22,432 nucleotides of DNA from Coleofasciculus sp. B1-GNL1-01 (GTDB lineage Bacteria > Cyanobacteriota > Cyanobacteriia > Cyanobacteriales > Coleofasciculaceae). The stretch lies in NCBI GenBank assembly GCA_040220235.1, contig JAVJTO010000165.1. The stretch is one strand, 5' to 3'. The first letter of the stretch is position 1. Each line of letters starts with the position of its first letter. Of this stretch, positions 9,095 through 18,222 are shown in pieces. A program made the position numbers and the translations under genes. The notes beneath the pieces are model-generated. The model saw nothing but the letters and a program-made list of their open reading frames with translations. It had not been told where the DNA came from and searched no databases.

Positions 9095-10504
9095 ATGAAT
9101 CGGCTACAACGGATGAACTTTAAGACGTTATTGGCTACCGCTCTTTGTTTAAGCCTAATTAACAGTGTAGACCTAGAGGTATCGCGCGATCGCATCAGCG
9201 CCTCGATTGATAGGGGTCATGACGCCTATGCTAGAAGTAGTGGGGGACGCAGCGGTGGCGGTTCCTTTAGTCGCGGTTCATCCTCACGTTCGGGGTCCAG
9301 CAGTAGCAGCCGTTCATCTTCTCCTAGCCGTTCATCTTCCCCTAGCCGTTCATCTTCCCCTCCATCGTCGTCGAGAACATCTCCATCTCAATCTAATCCT
9401 ACCAATAGGGGAACAACTGGGGGACGAGCTAGTGGCGGGACATTAGAGAAACCCACATCTCCAACTCCGACTCAAACCAAGCCGCATCAACCAAGTCACT
9501 CGTCAACCCATCCCAGGCGTACCTCTCACCCGTCTTCTGGACATGGACATAGTTCCATGGAACTGGAAATTGAAATCGAAAATGACGATAACGATTTCCA
9601 GGATTATCCATCAACATCCTATCCAGGGACAACTTCAGCACCGCCTCCCCAAAATCAAACCCTTCCGGATTCAGCGACAACCGATTCAGCACCGCCTCCA
9701 CAACCCAATCAAACCCTTACCAATCCGGGATCAACGAATAGTACAACTCCACCGCCAGCTACCGCGCCAGCCACGAATCCAACTCAAGCGGTGAACTCCA
9801 CGAAATCAGCGAACCCGTTACCCGTCTTGATCGCTTTACTATTTTTTGGTGTCGGGATTTTCCTAGTTGTTTATCTACTAATCAGATTAATTTTGTCTCT
9901 CCTCAAACGCCGAAAAGCCGCCACCAATGAACTAGACAATGATATTGTCACAGTGAGTAAATTACAGGTCGCCTTATTTGCTCACACCCCAAACTTGCAA
10001 TCAGAGTTATCGGAACTCGCCTTAACTGTCGATACAACGACTCCCGAAGGCTTACTCGAACTGCTGCAAGAATCGGCGTTAGTTTTGCTACGTCATTCAG
10101 ATACCTGGAGTCATGTTTCAAGCCGTTCGCAAAGCGTTAATATCGAGGAAGCAAAAACACTATTTACCCAACTTTCGGTAGAAGAACGCAGCAAATTTAG
10201 TGCCGAAACCCTGAGCAATGTTGGCGGAAGAGTTCGGCAAAAGGTTCCGGTAATGCCTGATGCTCAAGAAGACCCAGCGGCTTATATTGTCGTGACGCTG
10301 TTAGTGGGAACGGCAGATGATCACCCGTTGTTTGGCGATATTCGTTCAGCCGAAACCCTGAATCAGGCATTAAAGAAAGTCGCGTCAGTGCGTCCTGAGT
10401 ATTTGATGACCGTGGAACTGCTTTGGAGTCCTCAGAGTCAAGACGATAGCCTAACTTATGATGAATTGTTGACCGAATATACGGATATGATTCAAATCAT
10501 TTAA
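9095..10504 (+). CDS. DUF1517 family membrane protein (FLAP1-like) with an expanded Ser/Pro/Thr-rich region
   Basis: Signal-like N-terminus, ARSSGGRSGGGSF motif, one TM, C-terminal VSKLQVAL...EERSKFSAETLSNV...YIVVTLLVG...ELLWSPQ...LTYDELL. Confidence 0.85.
   Translation: MNRLQRMNFKTLLATALCLSLINSVDLEVSRDRISASIDRGHDAYARSSGGRSGGGSFSRGSSSRSGSSSSSRSSSPSRSSSPSRSSSPPSSSRTSPSQSNPTNRGTTGGRASGGTLEKPTSPTPTQTKPHQPSHSSTHPRRTSHPSSGHGHSSMELEIEIENDDNDFQDYPSTSYPGTTSAPPPQNQTLPDSATTDSAPPPQPNQTLTNPGSTNSTTPPPATAPATNPTQAVNSTKSANPLPVLIALLFFGVGIFLVVYLLIRLILSLLKRRKAATNELDNDIVTVSKLQVALFAHTPNLQSELSELALTVDTTTPEGLLELLQESALVLLRHSDTWSHVSSRSQSVNIEEAKTLFTQLSVEERSKFSAETLSNVGGRVRQKVPVMPDAQEDPAAYIVVTLLVGTADDHPLFGDIRSAETLNQALKKVASVRPEYLMTVELLWSPQSQDDSLTYDELLTEYTDMIQII
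9308..9361 (+). repeat. 3 x 18-bp in-frame tandem repeat (SRSSSP)
   Basis: agccgttcatcttc(t/c)cct three times within the DUF1517 gene. Confidence 0.9.
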
Positions 10505-10532
10505 TTAGGAAAAATGCCTCCTCAAGAGGAAA

Positions 10533-10562
10533 AGTAGAGACGTTGCATGCAACGTCTCTACT
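10533..10562. repeat. GTAG-type REP palindrome downstream of the DUF1517 gene (possible terminator or RNA stabiliser)
   Basis: Perfect 30-bp palindrome agtagagacgttgcatgcaacgtctctact. Confidence 0.8.
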
Positions 10563-10739
10563 AACACAGGGGATTAAATAAAGGGCGATCCGAGCAAATT
10601 GAGGGGATAAAGTTGTTGATTTGTGCCAGCGGATCGCCCCTACACAAATACAAAAAGCGACAGGCTCCCGTTTTTATTTCCCATATCCCTATATTGTTAA
10701 ATTTAATTTTATCCTACTTCTTATCGATGAGAAAAAACC

Positions 10740-11648
10740 ATGAAATTTATCAGTCCTAAAGTTGATTATGCGTTTAAAAAAATATTTGGTTCTGACCAAA
10801 GCCAAGAAATACTGATTAGTTTTCTCAATGCCATTATTTATAGTAACAAAAACGTTATTCGTTCTTTAACCATTCTCAACCCATACAATCCTGGTAAAGT
10901 TCGAGAGTTAAAGGAGAGCTATTTGGACGTGAGAGCCATTTTGTATGACGGCTCGACTGTTATTATTGAAATGCAAGTATCCAGCACAAAAGCTTTTGAT
11001 AAACAGGTCGCTTACAACCTCGCTAAGACTTACGCCAATCAGTTAGGCGTTGGCGAAGGTTACTGGCTGTTAAATCCAGTAATTGCTATAAATATTGCTG
11101 GTTTTATCATGTTTCAAGAAACCCCTAAAGTTGTGACAAAGTTTATTTTCAAGGAAGAGGAAGAGTCATTTAAGTATAAAGCTGTAGAATTACAACTCAT
11201 TTTCATAGAATTACCAAAATTCAATAAAACCTTGTCTGAGTTAAATAGTTTGACGGATAAGTGGATTTACTTTATTAAAGAAGCAGCAACCTGGGAAAGC
11301 ATTCCAGCACCATTAGCGGAAGTATCTGCAATAGAAAAAGCGCTAAATATCGCGAATCAAGCCAATCTCACCGTAGCCGAATTGGAGGAATTGGAGCGGC
11401 GAGCAATAATGTTACAAGATGAAACAGGGCGAATCATTCAAGCTAAAGATGAAGGAATTCTACAAGGAAAGCTCGGAGTAGTAATAGCTTTTCTCCAGCA
11501 GCGTTTTGGCGAAATTCCTAAAAACATTAGCCGGAAAATCGAAGGTTTGTCTGGAAAAGATTTAGAACGTTTAGTCCAGACAATTTTAAGCTTTAATAGC
11601 CTGGAAGATTTGTCGAGTTGGCTGGAACAAGATACATCGGCGGAATAA
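10740..11648 (+). CDS. Rpn family recombination-promoting nuclease / PD-(D/E)XK putative transposase with DUF4351-like C-terminus
   Basis: FISPKVDYAFKKIFG, YLDVRA, IIEMQV, FIELPKF, DKWIYFIK; C-terminal LQQRFGEIP...LSSWL. Confidence 0.9.
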   Translation: MKFISPKVDYAFKKIFGSDQSQEILISFLNAIIYSNKNVIRSLTILNPYNPGKVRELKESYLDVRAILYDGSTVIIEMQVSSTKAFDKQVAYNLAKTYANQLGVGEGYWLLNPVIAINIAGFIMFQETPKVVTKFIFKEEEESFKYKAVELQLIFIELPKFNKTLSELNSLTDKWIYFIKEAATWESIPAPLAEVSAIEKALNIANQANLTVAELEELERRAIMLQDETGRIIQAKDEGILQGKLGVVIAFLQQRFGEIPKNISRKIEGLSGKDLERLVQTILSFNSLEDLSSWLEQDTSAE

Positions 11649-11687
11649 GCACCATTGTAGAGACGCGCCATGGCGTGTCTCTACATA

Positions 11688-11901
11688 GGGTCTGCTGAAT
11701 AAGTCTTGTGGTGGGGAGAGGCAATAGGGAATAGGCAATGGGCAATGGTTTCAACCCTCTGTCGAGGGAGAATTCAGCGCTGAGGTCGGCAAAAATTCCA
11801 GGATGCAAGACGGTTATAGTGTAAAAACCTTGCACTTGTTGGGTCGGAAAATGGCTTGAAACCCCTATCTAGTCTACCTTACACACTTATGCAGCAAGCC
11901 C
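11688..11901. mobile_element. 214-bp MITE with terminal inverted repeats and TACATA direct repeats
   Basis: TACATA|GGGTCTGCTGAATAAG ... CTTATGCAGCAAGCCC|TACATA; internal heptamer-like GGCAATA/GGGAATA repeats. Confidence 0.7.
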
Positions 11902-11979
11902 TACATAAATGATGTGTCCTAACCGCTATGGCGGTTGCTATATGTGCTTTCGCTAACCTTTTCCTACCCTCATCCCCTC

Positions 11980-13476
11980 TCAACGTTGAGACCAAGGAAT
12001 CTCAGACTTATCGGCTAAGAGACTCGCCACAGCCGCTGCGCCATACCGATTAAGATGACTCGGATCAGCAAAATACTGATTCTGATTTTTCCATTGTTCT
12101 CCTAAATCAACAAAAACAAACTCATTCCGAGCCGCCTTCTGCTGCATTCGCTTGCGGAATTGCCGTTCACGAGTTAAACGCACCGAATCTAAATAATCAT
12201 CACTTACAGGCAAATTCACAATCACCAAAGGAATCTGCTGCTGTGCTAAAAACGCCTGAATCGAATTCAACGCCACCGTCTGCGGACCGGCAAAGCTAAA
12301 GGGTTGATAATCGGCATCATAACGCCCCGCCACACGCGGATTTTGCTGATAGTACGTTTTTGGGTCAAATTTACTATCCATCGGCAAAAAGCCATTGGCA
12401 TCCATCGCGATCGCACTGTACCCTGTAGTATTACGTGCCAGTGCTAGTCGTTGCGGTTGGCTTCCCCCTAACTGAGTTAAGAGCAACCGCGTCTCTGGAG
12501 TGGTGACAGGATTGCTACTGGTTTCAAAGGAAACGCGGGTTAATCGCCAGCGTTCAGCCGTGTCATTAGCAGGTATAGTATTTCGCGGTTGTGTGGATTT
12601 TTCTGAGTCGGGACTCTGGGTAATGGATGCCGGAATCTCTTCACAAGTATTTGGGGTTTTGGTCGTCGATTCCGGTAGGTTGGGGCGATTCCCTGCCATT
12701 ACCTGTTGATAGCCCGCCGATGTTGCCAAACTATTATAGGTTTTATCCGTTCGCCCACTATTAAACGCCCGCACGCCATCTGCCCAAATCACCAGGCGCG
12801 GGAGTTGTTCTGGCGTTAAAAGTTGCCGCAGTTGAAAATCAACCACTTGAGCCGTCGCCCCATTCACGCCAAAGTTGAAAATTTTTAACCCCCCTTTACC
12901 GTAACGCGCCAGCACTTGTTGCAGTTGTTGCGGATCAACACCAACTAATGCCCGTGAACTACCTACAATCAGGACATCTGGAGGACCAACGGCGGCGACA
13001 TAAGACAGATACAGCAGGAGTTGTTCTTCAAAGATGGGGTTATTAAAGCTGGCAAAGGGTAGAGGAGAGGTTTTTGTCGTGGCTTTTTGTTGGGCAACAT
13101 CTAAGTTGTTTAGATATTCTGCCACCTTTTTCTGAGCAAAGGCTCGTTTCGGACTATCCGGTGGCACCGACTGCATCGCTTCAATCGCTTGAATCCAGCC
13201 TAAGACAACCAAATCCCAATCTTGGGGCGATTGGGCAGATTGAGCCAGATTCGCCGCCCCCATCGCTTTGTCAATCGCTTTGGTAAAGGGATCAACTTGG
13301 GGCGGACAGGATGGAGAATTTTCCACCGCGAGAATGGATTCAGCCGGGGAGTCCGCTTGGGATGGGGAATGCTGATTTTTAGCCGTATCAGGAGGAGAAT
13401 TCCATGAACAGCCAGTTACCCCCACCAATAACGCGGCAAGGGCGGTATAGGGACGTTTCCAGTAAAAATTAGCCAT
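11980..13476 (-). CDS. Putative lipoprotein with C-terminal SGNH-hydrolase-like (DUF1574-like) domain
   Basis: Likely start ATG 13476 (MANFYWKR...LLVGVTGC lipobox); helical N-domain; IVGSSR, NFGVNGA and FADPSHLN blocks. Confidence 0.65.
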   Translation of the reverse strand: MANFYWKRPYTALAALLVGVTGCSWNSPPDTAKNQHSPSQADSPAESILAVENSPSCPPQVDPFTKAIDKAMGAANLAQSAQSPQDWDLVVLGWIQAIEAMQSVPPDSPKRAFAQKKVAEYLNNLDVAQQKATTKTSPLPFASFNNPIFEEQLLLYLSYVAAVGPPDVLIVGSSRALVGVDPQQLQQVLARYGKGGLKIFNFGVNGATAQVVDFQLRQLLTPEQLPRLVIWADGVRAFNSGRTDKTYNSLATSAGYQQVMAGNRPNLPESTTKTPNTCEEIPASITQSPDSEKSTQPRNTIPANDTAERWRLTRVSFETSSNPVTTPETRLLLTQLGGSQPQRLALARNTTGYSAIAMDANGFLPMDSKFDPKTYYQQNPRVAGRYDADYQPFSFAGPQTVALNSIQAFLAQQQIPLVIVNLPVSDDYLDSVRLTRERQFRKRMQQKAARNEFVFVDLGEQWKNQNQYFADPSHLNRYGAAAVASLLADKSEIPWSQR

Positions 13477-13728
13477 AAGGCGATCGCACTCTAGATTTAA
13501 ACCTTGTGCTGAGAACAATATTCAGCAGGAATTTATAGCCAGATAGTTCTATATTATGCTCAAAATCGGGATCATAATGGAGATCTCAATGTATCCACCC
13601 GTCCAGATTTTCTCCCTGTCCCCCTGCACACGGGCGGGTTTAATTCCATCGGGGTGAGGTCAGAAACGATAGTCGTGAAACTCGCCCCTACACAAACTCA
13701 AAACTTCACCTCTCCCTCCCCAAGAGAA

Positions 13729-14112
13729 CTACGGCAAAAATCGATCTAACGCCGTCTTCAATTGTTCAATTTCCGCCTCCATGTTACCTTCCTCAGCCGC
13801 CCGACCGATACATTCACTTAAATGCTCATCTAGAATAATCCGGGCAACTCGATTTAATGCGCCTCGCACGGCAGCAACTTGCACCAACACATCGGGACAA
13901 GGGCGACTTTCCTGTACCATCGTCTTAATCCCTCGGATATGTCCCTCAATTCGAGAAAGCCGATTGACAATTCGCCGCAGAGACTCTTCATCGTGAACAT
14001 GGGCATGGGTAGATCCAGCATGATCATGATCATGCTCACCATGACTGGTGTGGAAGGATTGATTTAGCGAATGTTGGTCTGAGTCTGACCGAGTATAGGT
14101 TTCATTAATCAA
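13729..14112 (-). CDS. CsoR/RcnR-family metal-sensing repressor, InrS-like
   Basis: His-rich N-terminus, NRLSRIEGHIRGI, RPCPDVL, DEHLSEC (Cys-His-Cys ligands); TTG start with upstream GGAG. Confidence 0.88.
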   Translation of the reverse strand: MINETYTRSDSDQHSLNQSFHTSHGEHDHDHAGSTHAHVHDEESLRRIVNRLSRIEGHIRGIKTMVQESRPCPDVLVQVAAVRGALNRVARIILDEHLSECIGRAAEEGNMEAEIEQLKTALDRFLP

Positions 14113-14345
14113 TGGCTTAGCTCCAGTTCGGGATTGGCAACGTTGATGGATTGGTTCTTACTGTTCATCCTAATCCAGAGTTGAGATGTTTGGGAGCCAG
14201 GTTTTCTAAGGAAGGGGAACCGCCCATCGCTGAAACACTCTTGGCTCAAAGAACGTCCTGGATCAACCAGCCAATGTTAAGTGCTTGTGACAATAATTTG
14301 GATAGATGATCATAGATACATACAACTGAACTTAAGAATAAGGCT

Positions 14346-15548
14346 ATGCGATTGACAACGTTGTTTCCTCGATTACGCCAAATCAGCGCTTATCTGATCG
14401 CGATCGCGACAGGTGTTCTGTTGACGGTTGGGTTTTATAATGTCTCACCCTCTCACGCTGAACCGATCTTGACAAATGAACCCGAATCCCCAATAGTTCT
14501 CGCCCAACGCCCACCCATTACCGATATCGGCGGCAGTTTTGTCACGGCGGCGGTGAATCAAGTGGGACCGGCTGTGGTACGAATTGACACGGAACGTACA
14601 GTAACACGCCGCCTCGATCCATTTCTTGATGATCCCTTCTTCCGGCGGTTTTTCGGGGAGGATGCGTTTCCCCAAATGCCCCAAGAACGGCGTCTGCGGG
14701 GTCAAGGATCTGGGTTTATTATTGATCCCACTGGTGTAGTTGTCACCAATGCCCATGTGGTGGATCGGGCAGATAAGGTAACGGTGATTCTCAAAGACGG
14801 ACGCCAGTTTGAAGGGAATGTGCAAGGTGTCGATGAAATCACAGATTTAGCGGTGGTCAAAATTGATGGCAACGATTTGCCTGTTGTCTCACTGGGAGAC
14901 TCGACTAATGTACAAGTTGGGGATTGGGCGATCGCGGTGGGCAATCCCTTGGGGTTAGATAATACCGTGACGCTAGGGATTATCAGTACTCTCCAGCGAT
15001 CGAGTGCAGAAGCTGGGATTCCCGAAAAACGACTTGATTTCATTCAAACCGACGCCGCCATTAACCCTGGTAACTCTGGGGGTCCACTGTTAAACCAACA
15101 GGGACAAGTGATTGGTATCAATACCGCGATTCGTCCAGATGCGATGGGGATTGGGTTTGCCATTCCCATTAATAAAGCTAAAGAAATTACCGCCAAGCTG
15201 ATGCGGGGTGAAAAAGTTGTCCACCCATTCATCGGTATTCGCATGACTACCCTAACCCCGCAACTGGCGCAAGAAAATAATCGCGATCCCAATTCCTCGT
15301 TTATGGTACCGGAAGTGAATGGGGTTTTAGTCGTGCAAGTTGTACCTGATTCTCCAGCAGCAGCAGGAGGTATGCGTCGTGGGGATGTTGTCACAGCCAT
15401 TAATGGACAATCGGTGACGAGTGCAGAACAGTTACAACGTTTAGTTGAGAATAGTGGTGTGAATCAAGTTCTCCAAGTCAAAGTGGTGCGGGGTAACCAG
15501 ACGAAAACTTTATCAGTCCGCACCAGCGAAATGCGAGAAACAACGTAA
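14346..15548 (+). CDS. HtrA/HhoA-family serine protease with one PDZ domain
   Basis: GSGFII, TNAHVV (His), DLAVVKI (Asp), TDAAINPGNSGGPL (Ser), PDZ with DSPAAAGGMRRGDVV. Confidence 0.93.
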   Translation: MRLTTLFPRLRQISAYLIAIATGVLLTVGFYNVSPSHAEPILTNEPESPIVLAQRPPITDIGGSFVTAAVNQVGPAVVRIDTERTVTRRLDPFLDDPFFRRFFGEDAFPQMPQERRLRGQGSGFIIDPTGVVVTNAHVVDRADKVTVILKDGRQFEGNVQGVDEITDLAVVKIDGNDLPVVSLGDSTNVQVGDWAIAVGNPLGLDNTVTLGIISTLQRSSAEAGIPEKRLDFIQTDAAINPGNSGGPLLNQQGQVIGINTAIRPDAMGIGFAIPINKAKEITAKLMRGEKVVHPFIGIRMTTLTPQLAQENNRDPNSSFMVPEVNGVLVVQVVPDSPAAAGGMRRGDVVTAINGQSVTSAEQLQRLVENSGVNQVLQVKVVRGNQTKTLSVRTSEMRETT

Positions 15549-15550
15549 CG
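15511..15550 (+). repeat. Direct repeat copy 1: last codons and stop of htrA
   Basis: tatcagtccgcaccagcgaaatgcgagaaacaacgtaacg; 36/40 identical to 18031-18070. Confidence 0.9.
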
Positions 15551-15592
15551 AAACATATCGGTTTGATTCAAAGGGCGCACGTCTGTGCGCCC

Positions 15593-15928
15593 CTACCATT
15601 CCAATCCATCACGTTTCTCGGACACACTTTCAGGCGCGATCGCAGCTAAATCAACTGCTACCTCCCGTCCCATCTGTTCAGCTAACTGTTGAAACGCCTT
15701 GGTGACAACCTGCCGCATGAGTTCGCCATATCCGCCATCCATTCCTACTGCCCAATCTCTCAACCTCAGACGGGTTTCATGCTCGCTCGCTGCCTGAGTA
15801 TAAATTGATTTCCAAACCTCTGGGTGTTCCAGCAGTGCATCCGGTAATCTCATGAGCGGCAGAAAAGGTCTTGCCCAGGTTAGGGTTGGCAAGGATAAGG
15901 CTGGTAGCCAGTCAGTATATGTCCTCAA
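15593..15928 (-). pseudogene. Probable fragment of a hypothetical protein gene
   Basis: Protein-like central part; runs through a HIP1 site (15636-15643) and stops in a REP; start overlaps the upstream gene; no family recognised. Confidence 0.35.
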
Positions 15929-16790
15929 TTCTAATTTCGATACCTCGATTAGCTATCCTTTGCAAAGATGCATTAACCTCATCGCGGACTTGTTCAGAAG
16001 GGTCGTACTTCATCTGTAAAAGCTCCGCATATGCCTTTTGTGCTAGTTGTTGGTCATGAGAATCCTTGACAATATGCTCTAATCCATGAGGTATCAACGA
16101 ACGCGGTTCCGCCGCTTCGATATTCTTCAGTCGGCATAATACTTGAAATGCTTGCTCGTTGGCAAAGTATTCCCCTAGCATTTCCGATATTACAAACCAT
16201 GCCATCCAATCCGTAAATGAACTGTAGGAACTTTCTAGCAACGGCAGGAGCCGATTTTTCTGATCTTCAGAGAGGAATTCCCAATTTTCTATTTCTAAAA
16301 TATAGAGTAAATGCCATGCTCCTTTTGAGGTCAAGAAACGATTTTGTTTGAGAAAACCAAGAATCAAGTTTAAGTACTTATCTGGAAAATAGCTGAGTCC
16401 TGAAACGGCAGATGATATGGCTTTTGCACATTCTTTCATCTGCATTTCTTCTCCTGAATTAATAGCTTGTTCAATAGCTTCTGAAAATAGTTCTGGAGAA
16501 ATTTTTTCAATAGAATCGTAAGCGATTAACATTGCAGAGTTAATTCGATCTCGTTGGGCAAAGGACAAACTCTCTCTAGGAATTTGAAAGAGCATTGCAA
16601 AATACCATCCTCCTCCTAGACCTATAAATTTCGGTTGCTCTAGTAAATTGATGAAAAAATCTATATCTTCTGGACTAAAATTTTTTTCCTCCAACATTAA
16701 ACCTTTGAGTTTATAAAAACATTCCCTAAGTAGCTTAGTATCACCGCAAATGAGGGCTTGATAGATAGTTTTTTTGAATTGTTCAATCAT
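15912..16790 (-). CDS. Candidate immunity protein 3: alpha-helical, two internal ~95-aa repeats plus a HEAT-like end
   Basis: Directly downstream of DUF4157 toxin 3, AT-rich; C-terminal YDPSEQVRDEV resembles a HEAT repeat. Confidence 0.6.
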   Translation of the reverse strand: MIEQFKKTIYQALICGDTKLLRECFYKLKGLMLEEKNFSPEDIDFFINLLEQPKFIGLGGGWYFAMLFQIPRESLSFAQRDRINSAMLIAYDSIEKISPELFSEAIEQAINSGEEMQMKECAKAISSAVSGLSYFPDKYLNLILGFLKQNRFLTSKGAWHLLYILEIENWEFLSEDQKNRLLPLLESSYSSFTDWMAWFVISEMLGEYFANEQAFQVLCRLKNIEAAEPRSLIPHGLEHIVKDSHDQQLAQKAYAELLQMKYDPSEQVRDEVNASLQRIANRGIEIRIEDIY

Positions 16791-16843
16791 AACTTATTCT
16801 CGTTATATTGGGGGTCTTCATAGATATTTATGCTCAGCTCTAT

Positions 16844-17937
16844 TTAATGAATAGGTCGCCGATCGATTAACTGTAGTCCTAATAGGCTAGCTAGTGTAAT
16901 TAGTGCTGCCAAACCCCAGGATGGAAGGGTGACAGCCGCTCCTATGACTATAGCCCCAGCAACTATAATCACTCCTGCTCTAACTGCCCAGTCAGGTAGT
17001 CTAAACCAATTAACATTTGGATCGTCTGATTCTCGAACATCTTCAGGGAGTTGACCGCACTTTGCCACATATTTTGCTTTTTGTGCAGCTAAACTTTCTT
17101 TTGCTTCATTAATCAGCCGCCGATGACCTCTCTTACTGAGTCTAGGTTTTTTATCATCATCTGGGTGAGTCTCAGGTAAGTTATGTAGATTTTCTGCTAG
17201 TTCTCCTATCCGTTTTCTGACTTCTTGTATAAGATTGCGTATTCTTCGTAAAATGTCTGCACATTCTTTTTCAGTTCCTCCTCCTTTGTTGTTACTTAGC
17301 TCTACTTGTGGATTTATTTCTTTTTCATTAGTAAATTGTTTGGATTGAGCGATCTCTTTAATATTTAGTGCAATCTGTTCTCTTCCTTGCTGTACCACAT
17401 GAGTCAACTCGTTGGCAGTCCACTCATTATTACCAGGAGACTTCCCAGCCCCAAAGAAAATATCCCGCTCATGAGTAAACGCCTGAGCGCCCAACTCCCG
17501 ACTCATCTGCACGGCTTCACCACCCGTATGCACCCTTACTGAGCTGAAATCTGCACCAAAGCGCGGCTCCATGAAGCTTCGCACCTCATGCGATAAAGGA
17601 CTACCACCGCCCTTAGAGGCATTCAACTGAGTCTCTACATTACTGCTCGTCTCAAAGCCGCCATCTGAGGTTGCCTTAGCTTGAACCTTTTCTTGCTTCT
17701 CATCCTCTAATGCCATCTCCCGTTGCACTAGGGGAGTAATAGAAGCAGCGATTGGTTTAGCTTGCACTTTCTCAACCTTTTCCTCGGCTATCCCTTCCCG
17801 TTGAATTGGCTGATTGTTGACAGGTGCAGGCATTAACATCACCTGACGCGCTACGGTATCAGCTTCCACCTCATACTTATCCCCAGGCGCACCATTGGAG
17901 TCCAGGAGGAATTGTTCTTTTGTAGGGGTTTATACAT
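16844..17937 (-). pseudogene. DUF4157 (eCIS-core) protein 3 with a novel C-terminal domain; 5' end out of frame
   Basis: Open frame 16844-17869 has GGGSPL...MEPRFGADFSSVRVH...AQAFT...ANELTHVVQQ (His to Asn in HExxH); ATG at 17937 (MYKPLQKNNSSWTP, same as the lead gene) is 68 nt upstream and out of frame. Confidence 0.75.
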
Positions 17938-18030
17938 GATGCCGCCTCAGTTACCTGATGATTTATTGAATCCAGCTTAATCCTGGAGGAAACTCTATCA
18001 TTCTATCTCCTCATCGCCTATCCAGAACAC

Positions 18031-18070
18031 TATCAGTACACACCAGCGAACTGCGAGAAACAACGTAGCG
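18031..18070 (+). repeat. Direct repeat copy 2: orphan copy of the htrA 3' end
   Basis: tatcagtacacaccagcgaactgcgagaaacaacgtagcg, 2520 bp downstream of copy 1. Confidence 0.9.
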
Positions 18071-18147
18071 CATAAAGCATAAATCTTGCCATAACGCACT
18101 GTCATCAAGTTGGATGGGTGCGTTACTTCGTTAACGCAGCCGACAAG

Positions 18148-18222
18148 ATCCGCGATCGCACTCAAAAAAGCGATCGCCTACACTTGATTAGATTGTGATT
18201 TTAACACGGCTAATTTTGCTAT
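18148..18222. repeat. Direct repeat A: HIP1 pair plus 3' end of the HEAT gene
   Basis: atccgcgatcgcact...atcgcctacac...attagattgt.attttaacac.gctaattttgctat recurs at 20080-20157. Confidence 0.88.

Noticed and set aside
9308..9361. Possible CRISPR array
   Set aside because: Head-to-tail 18-bp coding repeats with no spacers; no cas genes in the window
10740..11648. Rpn gene as a bounded transposon, or as the recombinase for the toxin array
   Set aside because: No terminal repeats or target duplication around it; such genes are abundant in cyanobacteria and nothing links it to the array 4 kb away
13729..15548. Metal-regulated control of htrA by the divergent InrS-like repressor
   Set aside because: No convincing CsoR/InrS-type operator found in the 233-bp intergenic region; adjacency alone is insufficient
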